NCBI GenBank assembly: GCA_049999805.1
Contig: JBNGIO010004818.1
Location: forward strand, 1 to 62,092
Direction: 5' to 3'
DNA: 62,092 nt
DNA from: Folioceros fuciformis
Taxonomy: Eukaryota
The notes under the pieces are model-generated. The model had not been told where the DNA came from, ran no database searches, and saw only the letters and a program-made list of their open reading frames with translations. The position numbers were made by a program, and so were the translations under genes. Of the stretch, positions 21,179 to 44,432 are shown in pieces. The stretch's first letter is position 1. Each line of letters begins with the position of its first letter.

Positions 21179-21992
21179 CGGAGTATAAATATTATTTATA
21201 AAAAAATAATATTTAACTTTACTCCCCAACTAGGGAATACCTAAATCTATAATATTTACTCAAATCTATAATATTTATAGAGATATGAGTACCCAAATAT
21301 CTAACATTTATAGAGATATAACATTTATGGAGGTCACATTTAGAAAGAATCGACTGTACATGCATGGGTTGTGACTCGTACAGTATTGATGCCAGAGGGG
21401 ACCTGACTGACATCATGGCACACAGTCAGCTTGAGAAGCTCCAATCATGATAGGGCATCATGTGCAGAGCTTGTGAGAGACGGTCTTCGCAGCCTTAGCC
21501 GCAGACGACGAAGGTGCGTGCTCCTTCAGGTGTTCTCCCTGCGAAGCGAGACAGGACATGGCAGCGGCCCTAGCAAATCCGAAAGGCTGATCTAGACTAG
21601 CTAACTTTTTCCTCATGGATGGATGCGTGTGTGGACAGCCATTTGCATGCATCAGGCTTGTACGGACATGGTGACGCCCTGGAGGTGACGTTACGTGGTG
21701 GGTGTGAGTGTCTTGTCATGTGAGGTGACGGGCAGTCCAGACACAGCAGTACAGTACTATACTGTCCTAGTCTAGTGCAGAGCTATGGAGGCGGCAAATG
21801 GAGACGGATGTGCAAAGCTGCTACTTTACCACGCTTCCATTCCAGTTATTCACAGTTGCGACAAATGTGGAAGACAAGGAAAATAATTGGTGTCCACCGC
21901 TGATACCGTGGCCCCACTCGACACACGTATGGGAAACCACATAATACAAACCGCCCAAACCAAACCTACATTTGTGGGTGAGATCTCACAGC

Positions 21993-23367
21993 TCAGATGC
22001 CAGTTTTACAATTCCTGTGCACCTTGCCGCCCGGCCCTGTGAAAGCGTTGTACTCCAACAGGATCTTGATGCCCTCCGCGAACACCTTCTTGAAGTATTC
22101 GTTGTCGCCGGCAAACTTGATGACATATGGCTTGGTGATGGGGTCGGAGTAGAGCTGGCTGTCGACGTCCAGAAGCCCCCTGCCGCTGATGAGATTCTTG
22201 TAGTAGTTGTTGTCCAGCCCCATGGGCGTGATCTCATCGAACCTGGAGTAGAAGGGGTCGGTGGGCTTAGCAGGAAGCTTCTCTGGGCACCTCTTGAGCA
22301 GGAAAGCTGCAAAGCCTGGAAGGAAGATGTCGGGCGACACTGTGGGGTACAGTCTGGAGTAGAGGTTCTGGCAGTGAACCCGTCCCACAGAGTGCGCTCC
22401 TGCAAAAACATTTCATAGCCGGGGGGATCGCAATGTCACTAGTGCTCTGCCAGAGGTGTACTAAACTGAATTAAATTACGGATGACCGATGCCCCGTGCA
22501 CAAATTGTGGGATAACTGGAAACGTACCAAGAAGAGCCACAGCTTGTTCGGTATTGATGCCCAGCTCCTTGAACCTGCTCAGAACCTCGGTCGTGGAAGC
22601 ATCCTTGCTGATGAGCTGTTCGTCGGCGTGATCCTTCCTGCTGACGGACCCGTCAAGTCTCCCGGTTTTGATATTCACATAGATATCTCCCAACTGAGGA
22701 TTGCCGCAGCAAACAAAAATGTGAGGCGCAAGCACGGACCCGGTGCGGAGCATGGCAGGCTCGCAAAAGCTTCACGGCCAGTATCACGGACCCAACACTC
22801 ACAATTTCCACGCTGTAAACTCCGGTGAGGGCAACGAGATCAGCGCAGGACACAATGCCGGGGCACGCCTTCTCCAAGGTGGCCTTGAGCGAGTGGAAGT
22901 ACTTGAAGTTCCTGAGCCCGAAGTTCTTGAAGGACGCCCTCTCATTGGGCACGCCGGGGGTGCCATCCAGTAAGATGGAGGCATCGCATTTCTGGAACAC
23001 GCAAATCCAAAACGATCTCAAATCTTTGCGAATTGTTTGCGACTCCAACGTCCTACCAAAAACCGACAGAAGCCAGGCAGCACACACACTCAAACACAAT
23101 GCCGGCAACGCCAGACAGCGGGCAGGGCGGGAAACAGAAACGTACGTCGACAGCGCAGTCGTGGAAGATGTTGCGGTAGGCGGATGTGGCGTAGTTGCCA
23201 TGGATCTTGTAGTAGCGGTAGGTCTCGCTCTTGATGATGTCGTAGGCCTGGGGGCAGGTCTTGCCGTAGTAGTTGTACTGGAGCTGAGCGACCACGTTGA
23301 GGAGGTGGGCGTCGAACACGGTCAGGAAAAGGAAGAGCGAGAGGCAGAAAAACCTGGATGGAGCCAT
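21993..23367 (-). CDS. Class III secretory peroxidase (PRX42/PRX21-like clade), 4 exons
   Basis: Exons 23367-23146, 22991-22803, 22693-22528, 22399-21993. Signal peptide, RNIFHDC, CDASILL, FGLRNF, VSCAD, GAHSVGRVHC, DNNYY. Confidence 0.93.
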
Positions 23368-23383
23368 GGCGGACAGGCCTCCG

Positions 23384-23425
23384 GAGGCAGAGGCAGAGGT
23401 AGAGGCAGAGACAGCGGCAGAGGCA
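23384..23425. repeat. (GAGGCA)n microsatellite in the peroxidase 5' region
   Basis: About 7 imperfect hexamers. Confidence 0.8.
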
Positions 23426-24099
23426 AGGAGTAGACGAGCCCCCCCCGGATCGACCCCTCCTTCCCAACTCTGATCCGGCCCGGAACCGGTTGACAACCGC
23501 GAGAGTTGAGGCCTGAGGCTAATCCTGACATCCGAGACGTCTTATAGGAGACGCAGGCGAGGATGCGGCGCCGGGGCCACCTTCGTCCACAACCAGCCTG
23601 GCAGTGGTGGCCAGCACGTTGCCGCTCGCAGCTCGTGGCCCGGGGCCGGGGCCTTGGCCGGGGCCCAGGCCGGCTTTCTCGTCCTCGGCAAAGCATGCGC
23701 CTTCAGCTTCAGCTTCTCCATCAACTTCCCTTCTCTTGCCGTCTCTGGCCTCCTGTGCTTTGACCGCCATCATTCCAATTTCCCCGCACCAAATATACAT
23801 ACAATAATACTTTCAACATTACCGGATATAGCCAACGGGAAGCGGGCCGCGCTATCCCGGTTCCGACACATTCACATTCACAATTCACATTCACACCGGC
23901 GCACAAGCACAGACACACAGCCACACAGCCACACCCTCACAGCTGTGCTTTCTGGTGACGGTGGGGCCCTACCCCGATCAGTTGACCCTTGTTGACCGGA
24001 CTCCCGGACGTACTACTGGCCGTACACGCAACGTCCCTCGCCCTCTAAAATTACGCTGCCAGTTCTCGATCCGGCTCTCGCTCTCAGCACGCTCGCTAC

Positions 24100-24294
24100 C
24101 CCTTTCCTCCCCTCTACCCGGGGAGGGCTGGGCCGCTTGGCTGATCAGGGAGCTGGCCCTCGCTCTCCCTTTCCTCTCCTCTAACCGGGGCGGGCTGGGC
24201 CACTAGGCTGATGAGGGAGCTGGCCCTCCGTCTCCCTTTCCTCTCCTCTACCCGGGGCGGGCTTGGCCACTTGGCTGATGAGGGAGCTGGCCCT
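24100..24294. repeat. 67-bp GC-rich tandem repeat, ~2.9 copies
   Basis: Copies begin at 24100, 24167 and 24234 (CCCTTTCCTC..CTCTACCCGGGG..GGCTGAT.AGGGAGCTGGCCCT). Confidence 0.9.
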
Positions 24295-25563
24295 GGCACC
24301 CGAGAGCGGGCTGCGGCTGGGACTGGGACTAGGTCGGAACGTTGGACGGACTGGCTTCCGTTCCTGGAACGGGGAGCGAGGGCGGCGTGAATAGAGACGG
24401 TGGCACAGTTGTACGTAGGTAGGTGAAATGTTGCTCCTCTCTCGTGGCCTGTGGGGCCAGCGCATGGCCATCTCTGCTGCTCCTGCTGCTGTGGCATCCA
24501 AGAGCGCATATTTGGACCTGTCTAGAGCACGGCACCGTCGCTGTCTGCCTTCCCCTATCTCCTTCCAGATGTTCTCAACGCACTGTTCCACATGTGACAT
24601 TCGGAAGCAAATGCACCAACGTTGTCTGATGTCGCTACTGTGTCCCTAGTGCTGGCCCGACACGCAAGAGATCCTCTCCGACTGGGCTTCTTCTTTGCGG
24701 TCATGGGACCGGGACCTCTCGGACACCGGCACCGGGACAGGGGGGGCTGGCTGGCTCCGAGGCGGACTCAGGGAATCGTTTGCCACGCTTCAAACCACCT
24801 GAAAGCTTTAAACAAAGATTTCTCCGATCTGTCTAAAGGGACAGTATCCACAATGGAATCATACTGCTGTACTGTGCATGCACAGACTCTGCAGGCGAGC
24901 GGTGTGCTGCCACCGACACCCTGTGTATACAGCAGCCCGGCTCTGCGGCCTCCAAAAAACACAATCCTTCAATTGAAGGTCATCCAGCACGCACATTGGA
25001 TACCCGAGTTCCCACACCATGGACACCGGACTCGGACTCGGGTCGCGAGACCTTTTGCTCGCTCGAGTCTGTCTGTATTTCAGATGGAAGCTCCGTAAAC
25101 TATAACGGCATTTTTGTGTCATCTATAGTGAGCACTGTCCCCGGGCTACAGCACAACTTCATGCCGTTACCCCATGTCGGCCAACAACCTGGGGTTTCGG
25201 CGTCGCTCACCCGCTCCGTGGGGACCTTCCGCCAGTGCAGCCAGCGTTTGTCATCTGCACCAAACAACAGCCGGCCAGGGAAAAACAAGTTAGATAACTT
25301 GGTTCAACTCGAGGCTTCTCCAGACGAGGAGAGGAGGCTCGGCACATCCTTCAGACTAGGTACCTCAGTTATCTCCATAACACGCTGGAGCTGGAGACCA
25401 TTCGTCCACGATACGTGGAGCTGCCGTGCACTCAAACAAACAGGTGCAGCAGGATGAACATTGATCCTCACAGCTGAAACACAAAAGAATCTGCCACACA
25501 TTTTGACGAGAGTGTCAGTTCCTGCTCCACCTGAGATGATGCTCAACAGGGCCTTCAGCCTGT

Positions 25564-37704
<12,141 letters not shown>

Positions 37705-39111
37705 AATTCAATCCGTATTGCCCACTGCCGCTACGAGGCTCCCGCACATACCCGGCAGATGAGTTATGGCAATCGCATCGACACATACCCACAGCCTTTT
37801 CTGAAGACCTCACCGTTCGACTTTGGCATGCCCACAACCACGCGCATCGAGATCGCGCATTGCATCACAAGATCCAGTCACTCTCCCAGAACCACTCAGA
37901 GCAGCGGGCAGGCAAACCCATCGGCCTGAATCCCTCTCTGATCGACAAAGCTCAAAGTTCGAAGTCTCAAGCAGGCAACACAGCAGGGCAGCTCAAAGCC
38001 CAATCCAGCTCCCTGCTTAGCCAAATTGCTCCCCGACAGCCAGCACAGTGCGGAAGTTGGGAGCTGCAGGTTGTGCGTTCTTTCTGTGAAAAGGGTGTTC
38101 GACGACGCAGTGCTGCGATCGACATGCTCATTGACCCAACCCAACACAGACAGACGTGGTGGAGGCACGAGGGCTTACTTCCTTAAACCTTGAGTGAGCC
38201 CAGAGCTGACGCTGTAGCAGACATGCAGCAAATTGGCATGTTGGAGCGTCGGAGGCGTGAGGTGTGCTATTGTCAGTGCCCACAACCGCCGATAAGAAAT
38301 GGATCAGCGATGGCGGGGCAGGCGATCAAGGCTCGGCTTTGACTGATCACTTAGTGGGAAGCTGCTAATAACAGCCGTCCCACAATAGTTATGTCACCTC
38401 TCCCGCCTTGGTACAACCATGATTAACAGCGAAGCAAATGTCAGGGGCCCACTTGGCCGCAGTCCTCAAGCATAACACTGTCCCTTGGGCAGATAATTTC
38501 CGTGTTAAATTGGCTTGGACTCCCCAATTGGGATTGGATTTTTGTTTTTGGGTCTGTGCATGTGCCTCGGAGAAGGATGCAAGGTACGTTCAGAACTGGA
38601 TGTTCTCATTCGAGGCAGACTGTTCTGTGCTGCCTTGAGGTATGAGAAGGTGCTTGGAAATCATCAAGATGCTCGGCTCTAGCTCTCAAACTTGTCATAC
38701 CGCACGTCTCCCTATGCCTTGCACGTTTCTTTGTAGACTTTGTCAGTTTGTTGGACCAGCAGAGTACATAGATGCCCGTTCTGCAAACGACAAGGGCCAA
38801 CTTGTTAACTACAAATCAGGAGTCGAATTTCGTAAAACAAAAGGAAAAAAAACCTCGTCCAGGGGAAGGCATGTGATGGGCAAGAGCACAAGAGCCCCCC
38901 AGCCTTGGATGGCCATGGAAAGCAGACGGGATTTGATTGGTGAATGCGAAATGAACCTGTCGAGAAGGAGACTGGGAAGTTGTTGGTTGCCGTGCTGGAA
39001 TTGCAGGCTGCGGTAATTTGGCGGCAGGCATCCAAGGGCAGGTATGCCTTAACAGCGCCTGAGATTCGCTCTCGGACGCCAGATCTCGATGACGGTTGAT
39101 CTTTTGACGGC

Positions 39112-41354
39112 ATGGCTTTGGCCCCTCCGTTGTGGTGCGCACCACCAAGTTGGCCCAGACTGCAGTCCACCTTCTTCTGTCTTGGTCCTCCGAGCAGCTT
39201 CGAAGCCCGGTCTCCTTGGCGGTCGTCGTGTGAGCATGCTGAAGTCGCAGTCTCTGTGCAGTCTAATCCTCAGATCTCCAAGCCCAATCGGCGATCCCGG
39301 TATGGTCAACCGCTGCTGACTTTCAGCCCTGAAGATGAAGATGAGAGCCTCCTCTCCTTTGATGTTGATTCTCAGGTCACTTTCTTCAACACCTTGCACT
39401 GATCAGGGCTCACAGTACGAGCAATAAGCATTTAATGATTTGAAGTATATGGACATGAGGCAAGTTGGTTGTTTGGCTGAATCTACACCCTTCCACCCAA
39501 TGGGGCTTACGGTGATATGTCTACCATTGTGGTGCTGTCGATACAGGGCGTGGAGTCAGCATTGGAAGACTCGCAGACTTCTGAGTTGCCAGATAGTATT
39601 CAAACGGGTGGGTTGAGGAAAGGGAACAAGGTGGGAAGAGCTAGTCTGAAATCCAGTGGCAAACCCCTCAGCATTTTGAATGCGGAACAGAACAAGGGAC
39701 CTGGAATAATTGGGAAGGCTGATCGCGAACAGTTAAAGGTGCAGTACCCACTTGGAAATGCACACAAGGTCAATCTTCGTGGATCTTTGACTTTAGATAG
39801 TCGGCAGGGGACCCTATCAAGGAAGCAGTGGGAAGAGCAAGTGTATCGAATGGTTAGACAGCCAAAATATCAAAATGTCACAACCTTTAGACTCACTGCC
39901 CCACAAAAAGAGGGCCAGCGGACAACCAAGCCATCGAGTTCCTCGATAAGGAGAATGCCACGAAAGCCGTTCTCCTATCTACGAGCGCCACCTAATGTAA
40001 GATTCACAATCTTGGCCCTGGTTCTGCTCCAGTACTATATTTGGGTATGCTAGCTGACTGATGTCTAGTTATGAGAGTCACAGCAGAAGATTTGAGGTTG
40101 TTGACAACCACACCCTAACTTGCTGTAGCATGTATGATATAGAAAGCTGAGCTTTTCAGGCAGCACACTAGGTTGTGTGGGGTGTGATATTTTCAGCAAG
40201 CTGTGACATTGTTTTCCCTTACAGGAGATGGATAGCAGTAAGATTGGAGATACAAGGCTCGAGTGTTTACAAAGGCAACTTAGCATAGATGACAAGCACC
40301 TGCCACTGGTGGAATACCTCCTTTCACTAGGTCTAGGGGATGAAGACCTTCAGAGGATTGCTGAACGTAATAGGCCCTGTTTACAGCTTAGAGTGGATGC
40401 GGTGAAAGGTAGAGTCCAGTTCTTAGGGAGCTTAGGTATTAAATCTAAGTTCTTGAGTAAGTTGATAGCAAAACATCCACAAATTTTAGAGTATAGAGTG
40501 GACAGCATGATAAAACCGAAGATAGAGTACCTTAAGAGCCTGGGGATACCTGAAGTAACTGTGGGGAAGATGATAAGGGTGAGGCCTTCGATACTGGAGT
40601 GCAGCCTTAAGAACTCTCTGAAACCTAGAGTTGACTTTCTGCGGAAGGTTGTAGGGATCAGCGAATTGGACATCTCCAAAGTGGTGACAAGGAGCCCGCA
40701 GGTACTGACTCAGAGCATCGAAGAGTCATTGGAGCCTCAAGTAGATTTCTTTTTACAGGAAATGAAAGTCACAAAGGTGACTCTAGCGAAGATCGTCACA
40801 AAGCATCCACAAGTGCTGCACTACAGTGTTGAGGAGGGTATTCGACCACGAATTGAGTTCCTGAGGAGTATCGGTATGAGTGAAGAGGACGTTTTGAAGG
40901 TCCTCACGCGGATGACACAGGTATACTAGGCTTGTGGGTCATTGTGTTAGCTTCTTGATCTTATACCCTGCAGTGACAGGTCACTTCTGCTCTTGCTAAG
41001 GTTTAGCGGTTACCAACTTTGCAGGTATTTTCCTTGTCTGTTGAGAACTCTCTGAAGCCCAAGTACGCATATCTAGTCCGGGAGCTCAAGGGTGGGGTGC
41101 ATACAGTGGTCAGCTTTCCAGCCTATTTCTCTTTGTCTCTCGACCAAAGGATCAAACCCCGTCACAGATTTCTGATTAGCTTAGAGAGGTTACCAAAGGG
41201 ACCCTTTCCAATGAAATGTCTTGCAGTTACGGATGACTACTACTGTAAGCATTGGGCAAAAGCAAGTATCGAAGACTACCACGCTTTCAGAGATGCTCTA
41301 GCGTTGAGAAACTTTGCCCAAAAGTTTGAGAGAAAAAATACGGTGCAAATGTAA
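39112..41354 (+). CDS. mTERF9: Plastid-targeted mTERF protein, mTERF9-like, 4 exons
   Basis: Exons 39112-39375, 39547-39996, 40225-40920, 41025-41354. mTERF repeats (HPQILEYRVD..IKPKIEYL), NRRSRYGQ, SLSLDQRIKPRHRFL...KGPFP. Confidence 0.82.
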
Positions 41355-41910
41355 TGCCCTCCTGAGGTCGAAATCTTCGACAGTTCTTTCTCCACGGTCA
41401 TTAGATGAGGTATCCTTTGGGGAATATGCTCCAAGGGAAGTATCATGTTACATTGTTTTGTACCTATCCTCACCTGGGGTATTGTTTGGGGTACTCTTGG
41501 TCCTACACATGGCACTCATTCCTATCTGGAGCTTGTCAATGGCTTCATCGAGTAGATTGGTTCTTGGATATACCGGGGAACCGGGGTTAGTTATGGTTTC
41601 ACCTCACCTTATATTAACAGGATTGGGAGACCTCTACCTGGGAACCGTTACCTTCGATGTTGAGCTGTTTCTGCTGCTACTTGGAGTTTGGATATCCTCT
41701 CAGACAGCCTCAGCCCCCAGGATGAGAGGGACGAACAGACTCCGGCGCTTATGACTTATCAGGTCTGGGTGTAAGTAAGGCAAAGGTAAACCTACCGTCA
41801 GTCTTGGGGGTACTTTCAAGGGCGTAAGTTAAGGGTGTACTGAAGTTTCATTTCTGTGTCTGGTAGGTAGTATCTGCCTCCAACGACAAAATAAAAAGGT
41901 TGTGAATGGA

Positions 41911-42195
41911 TTCTTACAGGCTCTTCATGGGGATACCTCAAGATTATACCGGCCTCTAACGTCGACTTCATAAGTGAGGACGATCCCTCACAGCACTTGT
42001 TATTGGTACCTAATTACATTCCCCTGAGAAGAATAGGAAGTCAAAGGTTGATTTCTTACAGGCTCTGCATGGGGGGGTAAACCAAGATTATACCGGCCTC
42101 TAACGAGGAATTTACAAGTGAGATGAATACCTCACAGCATTTGTTATTGGTACCTAATTACCTTCCCCTGAGAAGAATAGGAAGTCAGAGGTTGA
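41911..42195. repeat. Tandem duplication, 142-bp period, 2 copies
   Basis: 41911-42052 vs 42053-42195: long identical blocks separated by three short divergent patches. Confidence 0.9.
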
Positions 42196-43005
42196 AGTTT
42201 CAGATCTGTTGGTGTGCTGGAGGTCCCTACAATGTTCTGAGGGAGCTGCTACCTTTTTGAGTCTGGGTGAGAACTAAGAAATGCGGTCCCGGGAAGAGAG
42301 CGAGCCACCGAGTGCAAACGTAGCGGAAGAACATGAAAGGGTCTACATAATTATTCAAGGAAACGTGAGCCGACATGCAGTTACATGTCTAGCGATTAGT
42401 GTAGAGTCACAAATAGTTAAACTGGACTATCTCACACTGCCAAGGGTATCACCAGATCTTGCTAGATATTCTCAAAGCATGAGAGGCCTTAGGCTAGGTT
42501 GTGTTGTTACAGTTGATTAATGTCCCCGTCAGTGCCATGAGTTTGTAAACCTGCTTGTCTTGGAATACCTGTACCTCGGACGCCGTCACGGCTTGCAGAA
42601 TTGGCGAGTCGTTCTCGACACCTTGCACAATGCACTCAACAACAACTGGATTAGTATACTTACCTGAGATCCCGCACCAGTGGCAGCGACCAGGAGCCGC
42701 GGATCGACCACTAGCTCCTTGTTCCCTGCAATCAAACAACTGCACATGTGTATGAGGCGTGAAAGAAACACGAAGCCTTATACCAGGAAGGTGACGCACG
42801 ATCGTCAGGCCAGTCCTTAAAACCTGTCACTGCATCCCGGCCGTCCGATGCCGCGCCAAACGGGTGCGATCTGCATGTCTCGATCCGAAGATTGTTCCTA
42901 CCCCAACCCAGCTGTCTAGAGATGTCCTCCTGACCAGACCAAGGCTCCTCGATGCCCTTGGGCTACAAGCCTTTTAGGCGTCCCCTCGGCCCAGGACTGC
43001 CCCGA

Positions 43006-43231
43006 CGGTTCACGGTGCCCGAGATTGTTAAGGGTTGGTGTCCTTTGGACATGACAGCGGTTGGCCGGTAAGTCGGTTGATCGTCAACCCCGAACGTCGC
43101 GTTGCCTGGAGCGCGACGTTTAGTGGAATCCATAGCAGCCGCAACAAATCCTGACCGTCAGGCTCAGAGTGATCCGTGGCGGCGGCCAGCCCACCAATGG
43201 CGAGCTCGGGGCGCGGCCACAGCCTTTAAAA
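43006..43231 (+). promoter_or_regulatory. Putative promoter of the protamine-like gene: 3x CGGTT (MYB/DUO1-type AACCG), CCAAT, TATA-like TTTAAAA
   Basis: CGGTT at 43006, 43058 and 43074; CCAAT at 43194; TTTAAAA at 43225. Confidence 0.45.
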
Positions 43232-43371
43232 GCAGCTGGAATGCGAAGTGGCGCCAAGGAATCGGGACCTTCAGAGGGTGGACACTCTGCCGAAATCGCA
43301 GCCCGCGTCGCGGAGCACCATTGTGCGGCCATGGAGCCCAGGCCAGGGGGAGAATCGGAGTGAACTCAGCC

Positions 43372-44064
43372 ATGGAAGGGGTCGCACACGCTGCAGCTCC
43401 GGCTGCAGCGCCGGTGCACCATCACAGAAAACGGCGGCTGGGAAGCCACAGCAGGAGCAGGAGCAGGAGCAAAAGCGCCCATGGGCACAAGCGCCACAAG
43501 CACCACTCCCGGCATGGCACCCGACACAAGGGCCACCCGACCTACAAGATGATCATTCGCGATGCCTTCGCCCACATCCACAAGCGCAACGGCCTGAAGC
43601 TCAAGACGGTCATCAAATACTGCGTGGCCAAATACAAGCACCACCCGGGCGGAATACCCAAGGGCTTCCGCAAGCACCTCATGCGCCAGCTCCGCCGCGC
43701 TGTCAGAACCGGCAAGCTGGTGAAGGGCAAGACGGGGTACAAGCTCCCGCACGCAGGTGAGGGAAAGAAGAGGCGACGACGGAAAGGCTACCGCGTGGGC
43801 CGACGCCGCAGGCACAGACCACGCAGGAGGAAGGGAAGGAAGAGGAGGGGAAGGAGGAAGGGGAAGGGGAAGGGCAAGAGGAAGCGAAGGAGGGGGAGGG
43901 GACGCCGTCGCAGGAAGAGGAGACGCAAAATGAGACACAGGAGACGGCGGCACGGGAGGCGGCATCGCAAAAAACGGAGACGGCTCCGTCGCCACCATCG
44001 TCGCCGCAGGGGCAAGAGGGGCAAGAGACGGCATCGCAGACACCGTCGCCGCCACTCACACTAG
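43372..44064 (+). CDS. Protamine-like, histone H1-derived Arg/His-rich sperm nuclear basic protein (230 aa, intronless)
   Basis: H15 winged-helix HPTYKMIIRDAF...IKY...FRKHLMRQLRRAVRTGKLVKGKTGYKL, N-terminal RS repeats and His clusters, ~100-aa Arg-dominated C-tail. Confidence 0.88.
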   Translation: MEGVAHAAAPAAAPVHHHRKRRLGSHSRSRSRSKSAHGHKRHKHHSRHGTRHKGHPTYKMIIRDAFAHIHKRNGLKLKTVIKYCVAKYKHHPGGIPKGFRKHLMRQLRRAVRTGKLVKGKTGYKLPHAGEGKKRRRRKGYRVGRRRRHRPRRRKGRKRRGRRKGKGKGKRKRRRGRGRRRRKRRRKMRHRRRRHGRRHRKKRRRLRRHHRRRRGKRGKRRHRRHRRRHSH

Positions 44065-44432
44065 AAACGCAAGGCCTGTCGTCAGACGGTGCCCGGACCG
44101 GGGCTGCGTCTGTAAGAGGCGGGCGCAATCCAGCCAGAGCGACTCCCTGCACAATCCGATCGACCCCTATGATCCCTTCGTCGGACCTTTCAGATCCAGC
44201 AGCTAAGAGAGTGGTAGAAGGTCCACAGACCACCTTGATTTTCTCACTGTTCCAGACTTGAGGGAGACGTTCTGATTTCCCTTCAACAACTAGCCCAATC
44301 TTGATTTTGTATCCCGCCTACATTGGAGAGACTGGTCGTATTCGATCGGATGAGGAGAAAACAAAATTTTCCAGCCCAAATCCAAATGCACGCTTTAAAC
44401 ACCCACAGGCATTGCGAAGCCGGTCTACAAAT

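Noticed and set aside
20440-21345. Possible non-autonomous DNA transposon around the pyrimidine-rich repeat
   Set aside because: Could not identify terminal inverted repeats or a TSD by eye.
25100-25560. Possible FYVE-coding exon after the BEACH WD40 region
   Set aside because: No R(R/K)HHCR motif or proper Cys spacing found in any frame.
43102-43371. N-terminal 90 aa of the 320-aa ORF
   Set aside because: Begins at a non-ATG codon and spans the CCAAT/TATA-like region; ATG 43372 has a strong GCCATGG context.
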